Source of the DNA: an uncultured Candidatus Saccharibacteria bacterium
GTDB taxonomy: Bacteria > Patescibacteriota > Saccharimonadia > Saccharimonadales > Saccharimonadaceae
Direction: 5' to 3'
Assembly: GCA_938036825.1 (NCBI GenBank)
Contig: CALHWD010000019.1
Coordinates: forward strand, 8,404-72,403
Length of the DNA: 64,000 bases
The notes beneath the pieces are model-generated. The model was not told the DNA's origin and did no database searches. It worked only from the letters and a program-made list of their open reading frames with translations. Within the stretch, counting starts at the first letter, position 1, and each line of letters opens with the position of its first letter. The position numbers were made by a program, and so were the translations under genes. Shown here in pieces: positions 9,254-18,019 of the stretch.

Positions 9254-9265
9254 ATTGCCACTCCG

Positions 9266-9529
9266 TTATTGTTGTCCATTGATAGTTAGTGCAACAAAAA
9301 AGCCAAAGGTAAGCAGCGCAAGAAAACCAACGACCAGCCACACCCCAGCTAGTGTCGTTGTTTGCTTGGTGCCTTTGAGGTATTCGGATTGCTCGACGCC
9401 GGTGTCGCCGCCCGCTGGTGCGGTGCCGTCGCCAGTGTGGCTGCTGGCAGCTGCTTTAGCGCGGAGATCGGCCGCGATGCGTTCTTGTAGCTCACTGCGC
9501 GTTTGGTCTTGTTTCATATATTGTCCCAT
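9266..9529 (-). CDS. hypothetical small membrane protein, first gene of the pheS operon
   Basis: C-terminal TM segment LAGVWLVVGFLALLTFGFFVAL. TGcTATACT at 9536-9544 lies 6 nt before the ATG. Confidence 0.5.
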   Translation of the reverse strand: MGQYMKQDQTRSELQERIAADLRAKAAASSHTGDGTAPAGGDTGVEQSEYLKGTKQTTTLAGVWLVVGFLALLTFGFFVALTINGQQ

Positions 9530-9535
9530 GTCTTT

Positions 9536-9544
9536 AGTATAGCA
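9536..9544 (-). promoter_or_regulatory. extended -10 (TGcTATACT) of the leaderless pheS operon
   Basis: 6 nt before the ATG at 9529. Divergent from the channel-gene promoter. Confidence 0.6.
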
Positions 9545-9591
9545 TTATTTGGCACAATCGACATCTGATATCGCCGACGAACAGGGTGATG

Positions 9592-9600
9592 TGATATACT
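9592..9600 (+). promoter_or_regulatory. extended -10 (TGaTATACT) of the MIP channel gene (leadered)
   Basis: Predicts a leader of about 28 nt containing an AAGGAGGG Shine-Dalgarno. Confidence 0.55.
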
Positions 9601-9634
9601 AAAGGCGTAGTATCAACTAGTGAAGGAGGGACGT

Positions 9635-10531
9635 ATGGCTACCAAAAAAGCCGTTTCGACCAAAAAATCGGCCGCGAAAGATTCGGCCTCCCAGCCTCAG
9701 GCTGCACCAACCGTAAAGGCTGCATCGACCACATCAGCCACCAAGACTGTTGTCCGTAAGCGACGCGAGTCAGCTCTGCCGAGCAATTTGCTCAACATTA
9801 TTTTTGCTGAGCTGCTTGGTACATTTATGCTCACCATTGCCGCGATTGGTGCGGCAACTCAATTTGCACCACTCTACCTTGGCCTCACACTGCTTGTGAT
9901 TGCTGTGGCGGTGGGTGCAGTGTCTGGCGCACATATCAACCCAGCGGTCACCTTTGGCCTCTGGACAATGCGCAAGCTCAAGACAGCGCTGGTACCATTC
10001 TACTGGATCGCCCAGCTGCTTGGTGGGGCGCTCGCTGTCGTTGTACTGAATGGTTTAAGTGGGAGCGCTTTCAAGCTCAGCTTCGAGCACTTTACTACCT
10101 TTAGCTGGGCGGTCTTTGGTGTTGAGCTCGTCGGCGCAGCAGTACTGATGTTTGGCATTGCGGCTGCCGTATCACGCGTGGCCGAGCTCAAGCAAACAGG
10201 CCAGGCAGTGGGGATCGGTCTATCTTTGGCCGCTGCCGCTATCGTGGCTGGTGGCTTGCTGACTCAGGTGCAGGCTTCGGTGGACACATCGTCAGTCCAA
10301 GATATCAAACACTTGCCACATGAATTGCGTGCAAAGAGTGCAACACTCAACCCAGCAGTGGCTATCGCTGCAACAGAGGCACCAGACAGTAGCTTTACTG
10401 GCGCACAAGCAAGCCGTGGCGAGACTGGCTATAGCCGTCTGAGCCTTGAGGTGATTGCTGGTACCTTGATCGGTGCTGCACTTGGTGGTAACCTCTACCT
10501 GCTGGTAGCGGGCCGCAAAGCAGAATCGTAA
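9635..10531 (+). CDS. MIP family channel (aquaporin/glycerol facilitator-like) with an Ala/Lys/Ser-rich N-terminal extension
   Basis: Two NPA boxes (HINPAVTFG and TLNPAVAIA). AAGGAGGG Shine-Dalgarno before the ATG at 9635. Confidence 0.85.
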   Translation: MATKKAVSTKKSAAKDSASQPQAAPTVKAASTTSATKTVVRKRRESALPSNLLNIIFAELLGTFMLTIAAIGAATQFAPLYLGLTLLVIAVAVGAVSGAHINPAVTFGLWTMRKLKTALVPFYWIAQLLGGALAVVVLNGLSGSAFKLSFEHFTTFSWAVFGVELVGAAVLMFGIAAAVSRVAELKQTGQAVGIGLSLAAAAIVAGGLLTQVQASVDTSSVQDIKHLPHELRAKSATLNPAVAIAATEAPDSSFTGAQASRGETGYSRLSLEVIAGTLIGAALGGNLYLLVAGRKAES

Positions 10532-10553
10532 GCAACAGGCATCAGATTGAAAC

Positions 10554-10584
10554 CAAGACCACTCTCTTTAGTAGAGTGGTCTTG
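10554..10584 (+). terminator. hairpin after the MIP channel gene
   Basis: 12-bp perfect stem CAAGACCACTCT/AGAGTGGTCTTG with a 7-nt loop and a weak T-tract. Confidence 0.5.
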
Positions 10585-10617
10585 CTATATTGGCAACTAT
10601 TCGCCATACTATAGCGT

Positions 10618-11613
10618 ATGAAAGATTCTCCCTCATCTCAAGCCGGAATTATAAAAGTAATTGCCACGCTTATTGGCAGCATTGTTGCGGTCAGCGTGGT
10701 TGCCATTGCAGCTGCCTTCTTGTGGCCCGCCCAGAAGGCAGAACTACGCACAGCAGATATCAAGCGACTGGATTATGATAGCTCGATGACGGCTATCAAC
10801 CAGCAAATTGCCCACGATACAGCAGAGGCTGGCCTGCGTAATGAATGCCGCTCGTTCGCTAAGACACATGGCAAGAAAACAGCTAAAGCTATCTTACTTA
10901 TCCACGGTATCAGTGGCTGTACCAGTGATATGGCTGATATTGCCAATGTATTCTACGAGCAGGGCTACAACGTTTACGCGCCGCGCGTGCCACAGCATGG
11001 CTATTATGCCGACAAAAAGCGCCATGGTCAGATCTCCTTCAGCGATATGGTCAACTATATGACCACGAGTGCTCGCCAGGTCAGTGGCCTTGGTGAGGAA
11101 GTTGGTGTGGCGGGCCACTCTGGTGGTGGCAATATGGCGACGTGGCTTGCGCAGTATGGTAATGGGCTCTTCTCGCGGGTGCTGCTCATCGCGCCGTTTT
11201 ATGAGCCAGCGGCTAGCCAGGCACCCAAGTGGCAGATTCCACTCATGCGTAACCTCTACGGCAATAATATCCTGCCAGACCGCTACAGTGGTAATGATGA
11301 AGTCAATGGCTTGTCATATCGCACTCTGGCAAAGTACGTCACGCTCAAAGAAAACTACAAAGCCAACTTTGCTGCACCCGGTCTCAAGCATGTTGGTGTG
11401 GTGGTGAGTGAGGGTGATCACGATATCGACCCAGACCTCGCGCACGACATCCCACAAAAGATGGCAACCAACAACAATGCCTCCTTCCAATACAAAAAAT
11501 TCCCTGCCAGCATGGGCATTAGCCACGACATGACACGCCGTGCCGCGCCAGGGGTGAGCGCCCATAGCGAGGAGGTCTTCCAAACCTACCTTAATGTGTA
11601 CGAAGGGAAATGA
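10618..11613 (+). CDS. membrane-anchored alpha/beta hydrolase (serine esterase/lipase-like), paralog A
   Basis: N-terminal TM, GHSGGG nucleophile elbow, and candidate Asp (GDHDID) and His (GISHDM). Confidence 0.75.
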   Translation: MKDSPSSQAGIIKVIATLIGSIVAVSVVAIAAAFLWPAQKAELRTADIKRLDYDSSMTAINQQIAHDTAEAGLRNECRSFAKTHGKKTAKAILLIHGISGCTSDMADIANVFYEQGYNVYAPRVPQHGYYADKKRHGQISFSDMVNYMTTSARQVSGLGEEVGVAGHSGGGNMATWLAQYGNGLFSRVLLIAPFYEPAASQAPKWQIPLMRNLYGNNILPDRYSGNDEVNGLSYRTLAKYVTLKENYKANFAAPGLKHVGVVVSEGDHDIDPDLAHDIPQKMATNNNASFQYKKFPASMGISHDMTRRAAPGVSAHSEEVFQTYLNVYEGK

Positions 11614-12131
11614 CGGTGGAGGCGCTAGTAGCCTTTGCTGGTTTTGGTTTATTTATTATTCATGAGCTGGAGGAAATTGCTCGGTTTGTGCCGTGGATTC
11701 GGCGTCATGAGCATGACCCGGCATTTGCTAGGCAGATGATTATATCGAATCGTGCTTCATACCCATCAACAGAGACGGTTGCCATCATTATTCTCGAAGA
11801 GTCGATCGTTGCGCTGGCTCTGCTTGGCGGTGCAATTGCCCTGCAGTCGCTTGCGCTGGTATGTGCAGTTATTCTTGCAAATATGCTGCACTTGGTTGGA
11901 CATCTCGTTGATGCAGTGAAGTACCGAAGCTGGACGCCTGGTAGCGTCACGGCGCTTATCACACTCCTTGGTAATGGTGTCTGCATAGCCTATAGCTTCG
12001 TTGCTGCGCCACAGGTGATTGGCATGTCGCTAATACTGACACCTGTCGTCGGCTTACTGCTAATCGGTAATCTATCGTTTATGCTGAGCCGATCGCAGGC
12101 GATTGAGCGGTGGCGCACGAAGCGTCTGTAG
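11610..12131 (+). CDS. HXXEE domain membrane protein
   Basis: ATGA overlap with hydrolase A. HELEE motif near the N-terminus, followed by 4-5 TM helices. Confidence 0.65.
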   Translation: MTVEALVAFAGFGLFIIHELEEIARFVPWIRRHEHDPAFARQMIISNRASYPSTETVAIIILEESIVALALLGGAIALQSLALVCAVILANMLHLVGHLVDAVKYRSWTPGSVTALITLLGNGVCIAYSFVAAPQVIGMSLILTPVVGLLLIGNLSFMLSRSQAIERWRTKRL

Positions 12132-12219
12132 GTAGGCCGATTACTGCTGGTCGATTTTCTATAATAAAACACTGCAGCTTGCCTAGCTGCAGTGTTTTGA
12201 TTATGGGTAGCTAAACTAG

Positions 12220-13209
12220 CTAGATTTCGGCAGTTTGGCGCCCTTCGTAGAGGTTGAGGTACTGCGCGTAGACTGCCTGGTGGTAGGTGGCCATACCGCC
12301 ATCGGTTGGCCCAACCATATTGTGGCCAATGTTGAGCCGCTTTGGTAGGTTATAGTGCTGGAACGATGCATTGCTTGCCTGAGCCATGCGCTGCGGAATG
12401 CTCACCGCTAGGCCGTTGTCGACGGCATCGTCATTCTCGCTCGTCACTGTTGCAACGCGCTTGAGGCCCGGTGCAGCAAGATCTTTCTTGAAGTTTTGTT
12501 TGACGATGAGATATTTGCCAAGTGCACGGTACGACAGGCCGCTTGGGCTGAATTTATCTGGCAAAATGTTGTAACCATACATTGTACGCAGGAAGGGCAG
12601 TTGCCACTTGGGGGCTTGGCTGGCTGCTGGCTCGTAGAATGGGGCAAGCAGTAACACATTCGTAAAGAAGCCATTGCCATACTGGGCAAGCCACGTCGCC
12701 ATATCACCACCACCAGAATGGCCAACGATACCAAGCTCATCGCCCAGGCCGCTCACTTGCTGTGCACTCGTCTTCATGAAGTTGGCAATGTCTTTGGTAG
12801 AGATCTCACCATGGCGTTTGTTGTCGGTGTAGCCATGCTTGGGTACGCGTGGGACGTAGACGTTGTAGCCTTGGTTGTAGAATTCATCTGCCAACTTTCG
12901 GTAAACGTTACTGCAGCCACTGATGCCGTGAATCATGAGGACGGCCTTTGCAGCACGCTTGCCATGAGTCTTCGTGTAAGTGCGACACTCTGGACGAATG
13001 CTGCTGTCGCTTTCTTCTTGCTTGATTTGCTGGTCGATGCTGCTCATTGCCTCGTTGTAGTTCTTGCGGCTTATAGTAGCTGAGCGCAAATCGTTACTGG
13101 CGGCCGCTTGGCTTGGTGGCAGGAACGTTGTTGCTGCCACAAGCCCTGTCACACTCAATAGGCCAGCAACAACCCAACTCTTTAGGCTGATATAGTCTGG
13201 TTTTATCAT
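12220..13209 (-). CDS. membrane-anchored alpha/beta hydrolase, paralog B (inverted relative to A)
   Basis: Roughly 60-65% aa identity to 10618-11613 by eye over the core (GHSGGG, LAPFYEPAASQAPKWQ). AAGGAGG Shine-Dalgarno. Confidence 0.75.
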   Translation of the reverse strand: MIKPDYISLKSWVVAGLLSVTGLVAATTFLPPSQAAASNDLRSATISRKNYNEAMSSIDQQIKQEESDSSIRPECRTYTKTHGKRAAKAVLMIHGISGCSNVYRKLADEFYNQGYNVYVPRVPKHGYTDNKRHGEISTKDIANFMKTSAQQVSGLGDELGIVGHSGGGDMATWLAQYGNGFFTNVLLLAPFYEPAASQAPKWQLPFLRTMYGYNILPDKFSPSGLSYRALGKYLIVKQNFKKDLAAPGLKRVATVTSENDDAVDNGLAVSIPQRMAQASNASFQHYNLPKRLNIGHNMVGPTDGGMATYHQAVYAQYLNLYEGRQTAEI

Positions 13210-13345
13210 GTCAGTCCTCCTTTAGTACTCTCCAGTATGCCGGATTGTTGCGTCAATTGCAAACACTGGTTATATATCTTGAAGCGAGCGCACACCAGTG
13301 TAGCAAGAGTGCCAACAGAGGTCATATTGATGTAAAAACCACAAT

Positions 13346-13376
13346 AAAACCGCATTACTATACAAATGCGGTTTTT
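13346..13376. terminator. hairpin terminator downstream of the gene at 13399-14148
   Basis: AAAACCGCAT/ATGCGGTTTT stem flanked by A and T runs. Confidence 0.65.
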
Positions 13377-13398
13377 GGTATATCACTGGTAACGAGTA

Positions 13399-14148
13399 TT
13401 AGTCGTGATTAAACTCAAGCCGCTTTAGCCGTTCATACTCATCGAATTGGTAACTGACGTGGATACCTGTGCCAGTATCATCGGTGACGCGGGCGTGATG
13501 GATACCATTATCATCGTCGTTCATCTCGATGCTCCAGCCTGGCATCAGCTCCACAAAACCCTCCAGCGACCATGCAATGTCATCCACCTGCTGCAGATAG
13601 CGTGGCAAGCGTGAGTAGAAGTAGTCGAGCGTAATGGGAGGTACGGGCTCGGAAAGGTTCTCCAGTAGCAGCACAATCCGCGAACCTCCACCAATTGGTG
13701 AGCTATAGTAGTAATACTCGGTGCCAAAAATACTGATGGCGGCACTGCCGATATCGTGTGCCACGCCAGCAATCACCATTGCTTGGTCGGTACCGTCTGG
13801 CAGCGTATAGGCAACCTCGTCTGCAGTGAGTTCTTCTTCGCTATGCTTGAGGCCGTAGTCGTGCACGTTATGAGCAAGCTCCACTGCGCTCCCATATTGT
13901 GACAGAGCATTTGAAAAGCCCCATAGTAATGTTGGCGGTTTGGCAGCGATAGATGCAAGCAGGTGCGCCTTGGCTGTTACCTTACCTTTATCTCCCACCA
14001 TAGCAAAGTACTGTTTACTAAGATCAGCTTCGTGGTTGACGGACTCATCATCTCCCGCTGTTTGCTTGAACATTTCAGTCATCAGCTCTTGGCGGAGCGC
14101 GCTATAAATACAGTTACGCTGACCGATTCGTCGAATACCAGTATGCAT
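13399..14148 (-). CDS. hypothetical protein (possibly DUF6882-like; unverified recollection)
   Basis: GGAGG Shine-Dalgarno 6 nt upstream. PPTLLWGFSNA resembles the TWLWAWxN motif I associate with DUF6882. Confidence 0.55.
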   Translation of the reverse strand: MHTGIRRIGQRNCIYSALRQELMTEMFKQTAGDDESVNHEADLSKQYFAMVGDKGKVTAKAHLLASIAAKPPTLLWGFSNALSQYGSAVELAHNVHDYGLKHSEEELTADEVAYTLPDGTDQAMVIAGVAHDIGSAAISIFGTEYYYYSSPIGGGSRIVLLLENLSEPVPPITLDYFYSRLPRYLQQVDDIAWSLEGFVELMPGWSIEMNDDDNGIHHARVTDDTGTGIHVSYQFDEYERLKRLEFNHD

Positions 14149-14300
14149 ATAAACCTCCAGATTATGTTCTTGTATGCCTGTGTAATTGTAGCATAAGTAG
14201 GCGAATAATGTAGCATATTCTGGATAGTATAGCTATTTTATGTCAATATAACAGGGGTAACACACTGCATTCTCTAGCAACCTTGACGGCACCATAGAAG

Positions 14301-14327
14301 AGCTATACTATATATGTATAGCTATAC
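14301..14327 (+). promoter_or_regulatory. candidate operator upstream of the EXLDI gene
   Basis: AGCTATAC (14301-08, overlapping the TATACT -10 at 14304-09) is followed by the perfect 12-bp palindrome GTATAGCTATAC (14316-27), just before the Shine-Dalgarno. Confidence 0.45.
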
Positions 14328-14341
14328 ATATAAGGAGGAGC

Positions 14342-14845
14342 ATGATGGCCAATAAAACAATCTATTTTTCGCACAGCGATGAACGCTATATTGAAGGGAC
14401 TTTGCCTGACCTTAGTATGAGTCTATCTGCAGCGCTGATGGCGGGTTATCGTTTGTTAGTTGAGCGGCAGCAAGCAACACACGATGGTTTTCATGAAGTA
14501 CAGCTGCGCGTTGGCAAGGATGGCGTGTATCAGCATAAGGTTTTTATGGGTCGTAAGATATACAAGACAATAGCAAAGGACAAAGCAGCTCTTCGCGAAC
14601 AGCGAGTGTATCTTACGCAAAAGGGCCGTTATGTGTACTATGAGCGCAATCACGCCGACTGGAACTATTGGCCTACAGGCACGCAGCGTAGCACGCAGGC
14701 CAACGATAATCCAGCGACAGTCAAACAATGGGGGCGAATGGAGGTTGTTGATACGATTGACGAGCTCGCGGCGTATATCCCAGAGCGCGCTGTGCAGAAT
14801 TTGCAACAGAGCCTGGAGCAGCCAGTAGAGCATTTGGATATTTGA
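14342..14845 (+). CDS. EXLDI family protein
   Basis: AAGGAGGAG Shine-Dalgarno. About 165 aa, ending exactly in EHLDI, the family signature. Confidence 0.65.
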   Translation: MMANKTIYFSHSDERYIEGTLPDLSMSLSAALMAGYRLLVERQQATHDGFHEVQLRVGKDGVYQHKVFMGRKIYKTIAKDKAALREQRVYLTQKGRYVYYERNHADWNYWPTGTQRSTQANDNPATVKQWGRMEVVDTIDELAAYIPERAVQNLQQSLEQPVEHLDI

Positions 14846-14966
14846 GAGATAAGACGGTAGATAGTTTCGCATCTTTTATATGGAGTAGTGTTGGTATACG
14901 ACGAAAGAGAATACGGTTTGTAGTGCAAGTTTGTTACATAAGTAAAGCAATCCAGGAGGAGGATTT

Positions 14967-15380
14967 ATGACACGATATTGGCTCGGCGTGGCCTCGAAAG
15001 ACCACGTCCAAATAGGGGTAGGGGGTGGCTTTTGTCAGCTCTGCCATGGCAAGAAGGCACCGCTGACCCGCATGCAGCGTGGTGATTATATCCTCTATTA
15101 TTCGCCCAAGCAGGCTTTTCGATCCGCTGAGCCTTGCCAGGCTATCACGGCATGTGGTGTCGTAGCAAGTGATGACGTATATCAGCACGAGATGTTCCCA
15201 GGGTTCATCCCATACCGACGAGATATTGCCTGGCACGCGCCAGTGCGTGAGGTACCAATTGCGGTGCTGCGCACACTGCCTGGCTGGCGCGATATCACGC
15301 CCAAGCTGCGCTTTGGTCATGTGGAGCTACCCGAGGAGCTGTTTCGGGCGATGTATGAATATATGATGGCTACTGCGTAG
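14967..15380 (+). CDS. EVE (PUA-like) domain protein
   Basis: MTRYWLGVASKDHV..GFCQLCHGKKAPLTRMQRGDYILYYSP matches the N-terminal pattern of stand-alone bacterial EVE proteins. AGGAGGAGG Shine-Dalgarno. Confidence 0.75.
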   Translation: MTRYWLGVASKDHVQIGVGGGFCQLCHGKKAPLTRMQRGDYILYYSPKQAFRSAEPCQAITACGVVASDDVYQHEMFPGFIPYRRDIAWHAPVREVPIAVLRTLPGWRDITPKLRFGHVELPEELFRAMYEYMMATA

Positions 15381-15445
15381 CATCATACTCCATCTCCGAG
15401 AAGAGTAGCACAGCTTTACCTTGAGATGGTATACTATAACGCAGT

Positions 15446-18019
15446 ATGAAAGTCAGCCTTAATGTTATAAAACAACTTATTAACTTTGAATTGCCGCCGG
15501 TGGATGAGCTAGTGCAGCGTATTAATCAGCAGCTTGGTAAGGTAGACCGGGTAGAGAACCTGGCTGAGCATTACCGCGGCGCACGCGTGGTGCGCGTGGT
15601 AGAGTGCGCGAAGCACCCCAATGCCGACCGCCTGAGCGTGACGAAAATTGATGACGGCATGGCAGTGCCCGATGTACCGCGCGATGAAAACGGCCTGGTG
15701 CAGGTGGTGTGCGGCGCGCCCAATGTGCAAGCTGGTATATGGGCCGTGTGGCTGCCGCCTGCAAGCACGGTGCCAGCCAGTATCCTCGAGGGCGAGCCCT
15801 TTACGCTCGATGCGCGCAAGCTCCGTGGGGTGCTGAGCCAGGGCATGCTGGCTGCGGCTGATGAGCTGGCAATTGGCACCGACCACGAGGGGATTGTGGC
15901 ACTGACGCCATGCGACCTGCCAGCGGGTAAGACGCTGCAACCAGGGGCTGACTTTGCCGCGCTGTTTGGCCTGGATGACTATGTGCTTGATATTGAGAAC
16001 AAGATGTTTACCCACCGGCCAGATTGCTTTGGCCAGCTGGGTGTGGCGCGCGAGATTGCTGGCATCCTCCATCAACCATTTACCAGCCCTACGTGGTATA
16101 ACCTGGAGCAGGTATTTGGCGATGGCGATAGTGTGCTGCTCGCGGTTTCGAACGATATTCCGCAGCTTGTACCGCGCTTTATGGCGGTGGCCATTCGCGG
16201 CGTGCAGGTAGCGCCCAGCCCGTTTTGGCTGCAGTGCCAACTGGTGGCGATGGGGGCAAAGCCGATTAATAACATTGTGGATGCAACCAATTATGTGATG
16301 CTAATGACGGCCCAGCCAACCCACGCCTATGATTACGATACGCTCCAGGGCGGGCAGCTTGGCGTGCGTATGGCGCGGCAGGGCGAAACGCTGGCGCTAC
16401 TGAGCGGCAAGACGATTGAGCTGACGCCAGATGATATTGTGATTGCCGACGGGCAAGGTCCGGTGGCCTTGGGCGGTATTATGGGCGGCAGCCGCACTGA
16501 AGTATCGGCTACAACCACGACGATTGTACTGGAGTGTGCCACCTTTGATATGTACGCAGTGCGCAAAATGGCCATGCGCCACGGTGTATTTACCGATGCA
16601 CTGGCCCGCTTTAACAAAGGTCAGTCGCCCCTGCAAAACCCAGCTGTGCTGAACCGGCTGATCGGTATGGTGGGCGGTGAGCAGGCGAGCCACGTAGCGG
16701 ATAGTAAGCCATTTACGAGTGAACATGGTGGGATTCTTGATGATTATTTTGCAGGGAAGTACGAGCCTGCAACCATAGACATAACGAGTAGATTTATTAA
16801 TCAGCGGCTTGGCTCTCACCTTACCGAAAACGACATCTGTACTTTGCTCAATAACGTTGAAATCCACAGTCATGGCCCAGAGAAAGAGCTTGGCTATATC
16901 TGCCTGCAGGTGCCTTTCTGGCGGACAGACCTGGAAACCAAAGAGGATATTGTTGAGGAAATTGGCCGGCTGCATGGCTTTGATACTGTGCCGCGCCAGC
17001 TGCCTATGCGTCGTATTCAGCCAGCGCGCAAGAACCCCCGCCGTGAGCTGAGGCGCGTTGTGCGCGAGGCATTAGCCAGGGCGGGTGCCAACGAAGTGCT
17101 GAGCTACAGCTTTGTGCACGAGCGCGTACTCAAGGGCGCAGGCCAAGACTCAGCCCAGGCCTTCCGACTTTCAAATGCTCTCAGCCCAGACCTCCAGTAC
17201 TATCGCCTGAGTGTGCTGCCGAGCTTACTCGATAAAGTCCATGCTAATATCAAAGCAGGACACAACGAATTTATGTTGTTCGAAATCGGCAAGGGTCACA
17301 CCAAGGCACAAATGGGCAAGGATGGTCTGCCAGCTGAACAATCACTGATTGATCTTGTGTATAGTAGCAAAAAGCCACAAATCGGTGCCGCCTTTTACCG
17401 GGTGCGGGCAACGCTCGACCAACTGGCGCATGATAGCGGTCTGACTCTCGTTTATACGCCAGTCGCAGCAGCTCAAGATGATCCAGTATATGCACCTTTT
17501 GACATTAATCGTTCGGCTCATATCTGGGTGGAAAGTAGTGAGACGACGGGTCAGCCCGAGCGGCAGCTTATTGGTGTGGTTGGTGAGCTGCGCCCGGCAG
17601 TAGTGAAGCATTTCAAGCTCCCTGATTATACTGCAGCGGCATCACTTTGCCTTGATGTGATGGAGCAGGTATGGCGCGATACGGCGGTGCACTACCAGCC
17701 AATGAGTCGCTACCCTACCACCGCGCGCGATATCTCGATCCAAACAAGCATAGAGGTTACCTATGATGAACTCATGCAAGCAGTCTCGAGCGCTATGACT
17801 CAGGCTAGCGAAACATACCCAGATGTAACGATCCGCGATCTCACGCCACTGAGTATTTACAAAGCAACCCCTGATGCATCACATCAAACCACCACATTTC
17901 GCCTAACGCTATCGAGTAGCCAAGCAACACTGAGTGCTGAGCGTGTCCGTTCGATCATTCGGACAGTGTTTGCGCCCGAGCAGCATGTGCTGTTTCAGGG
18001 TGTGGACTTTGGCGAATGA
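15446..18019 (+). CDS. pheT: phenylalanine--tRNA ligase beta subunit
   Basis: 857 aa with an N-terminal tRNA-binding domain, B3/B4 and B5 regions and a C-terminal FDX-ACB-like end. Confidence 0.93.
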   Translation: MKVSLNVIKQLINFELPPVDELVQRINQQLGKVDRVENLAEHYRGARVVRVVECAKHPNADRLSVTKIDDGMAVPDVPRDENGLVQVVCGAPNVQAGIWAVWLPPASTVPASILEGEPFTLDARKLRGVLSQGMLAAADELAIGTDHEGIVALTPCDLPAGKTLQPGADFAALFGLDDYVLDIENKMFTHRPDCFGQLGVAREIAGILHQPFTSPTWYNLEQVFGDGDSVLLAVSNDIPQLVPRFMAVAIRGVQVAPSPFWLQCQLVAMGAKPINNIVDATNYVMLMTAQPTHAYDYDTLQGGQLGVRMARQGETLALLSGKTIELTPDDIVIADGQGPVALGGIMGGSRTEVSATTTTIVLECATFDMYAVRKMAMRHGVFTDALARFNKGQSPLQNPAVLNRLIGMVGGEQASHVADSKPFTSEHGGILDDYFAGKYEPATIDITSRFINQRLGSHLTENDICTLLNNVEIHSHGPEKELGYICLQVPFWRTDLETKEDIVEEIGRLHGFDTVPRQLPMRRIQPARKNPRRELRRVVREALARAGANEVLSYSFVHERVLKGAGQDSAQAFRLSNALSPDLQYYRLSVLPSLLDKVHANIKAGHNEFMLFEIGKGHTKAQMGKDGLPAEQSLIDLVYSSKKPQIGAAFYRVRATLDQLAHDSGLTLVYTPVAAAQDDPVYAPFDINRSAHIWVESSETTGQPERQLIGVVGELRPAVVKHFKLPDYTAAASLCLDVMEQVWRDTAVHYQPMSRYPTTARDISIQTSIEVTYDELMQAVSSAMTQASETYPDVTIRDLTPLSIYKATPDASHQTTTFRLTLSSSQATLSAERVRSIIRTVFAPEQHVLFQGVDFGE

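Noticed and set aside
8175-9634. T-box leader or other riboswitch upstream of pheS or pheT
   Set aside because: Both transcription units appear leaderless, so there is no room for a leader RNA.
15509-16240. 243-aa ORF antisense to pheT
   Set aside because: It overlaps a conserved CDS, its Arg/His/Ala-rich translation is low-information, and it has no start signals.
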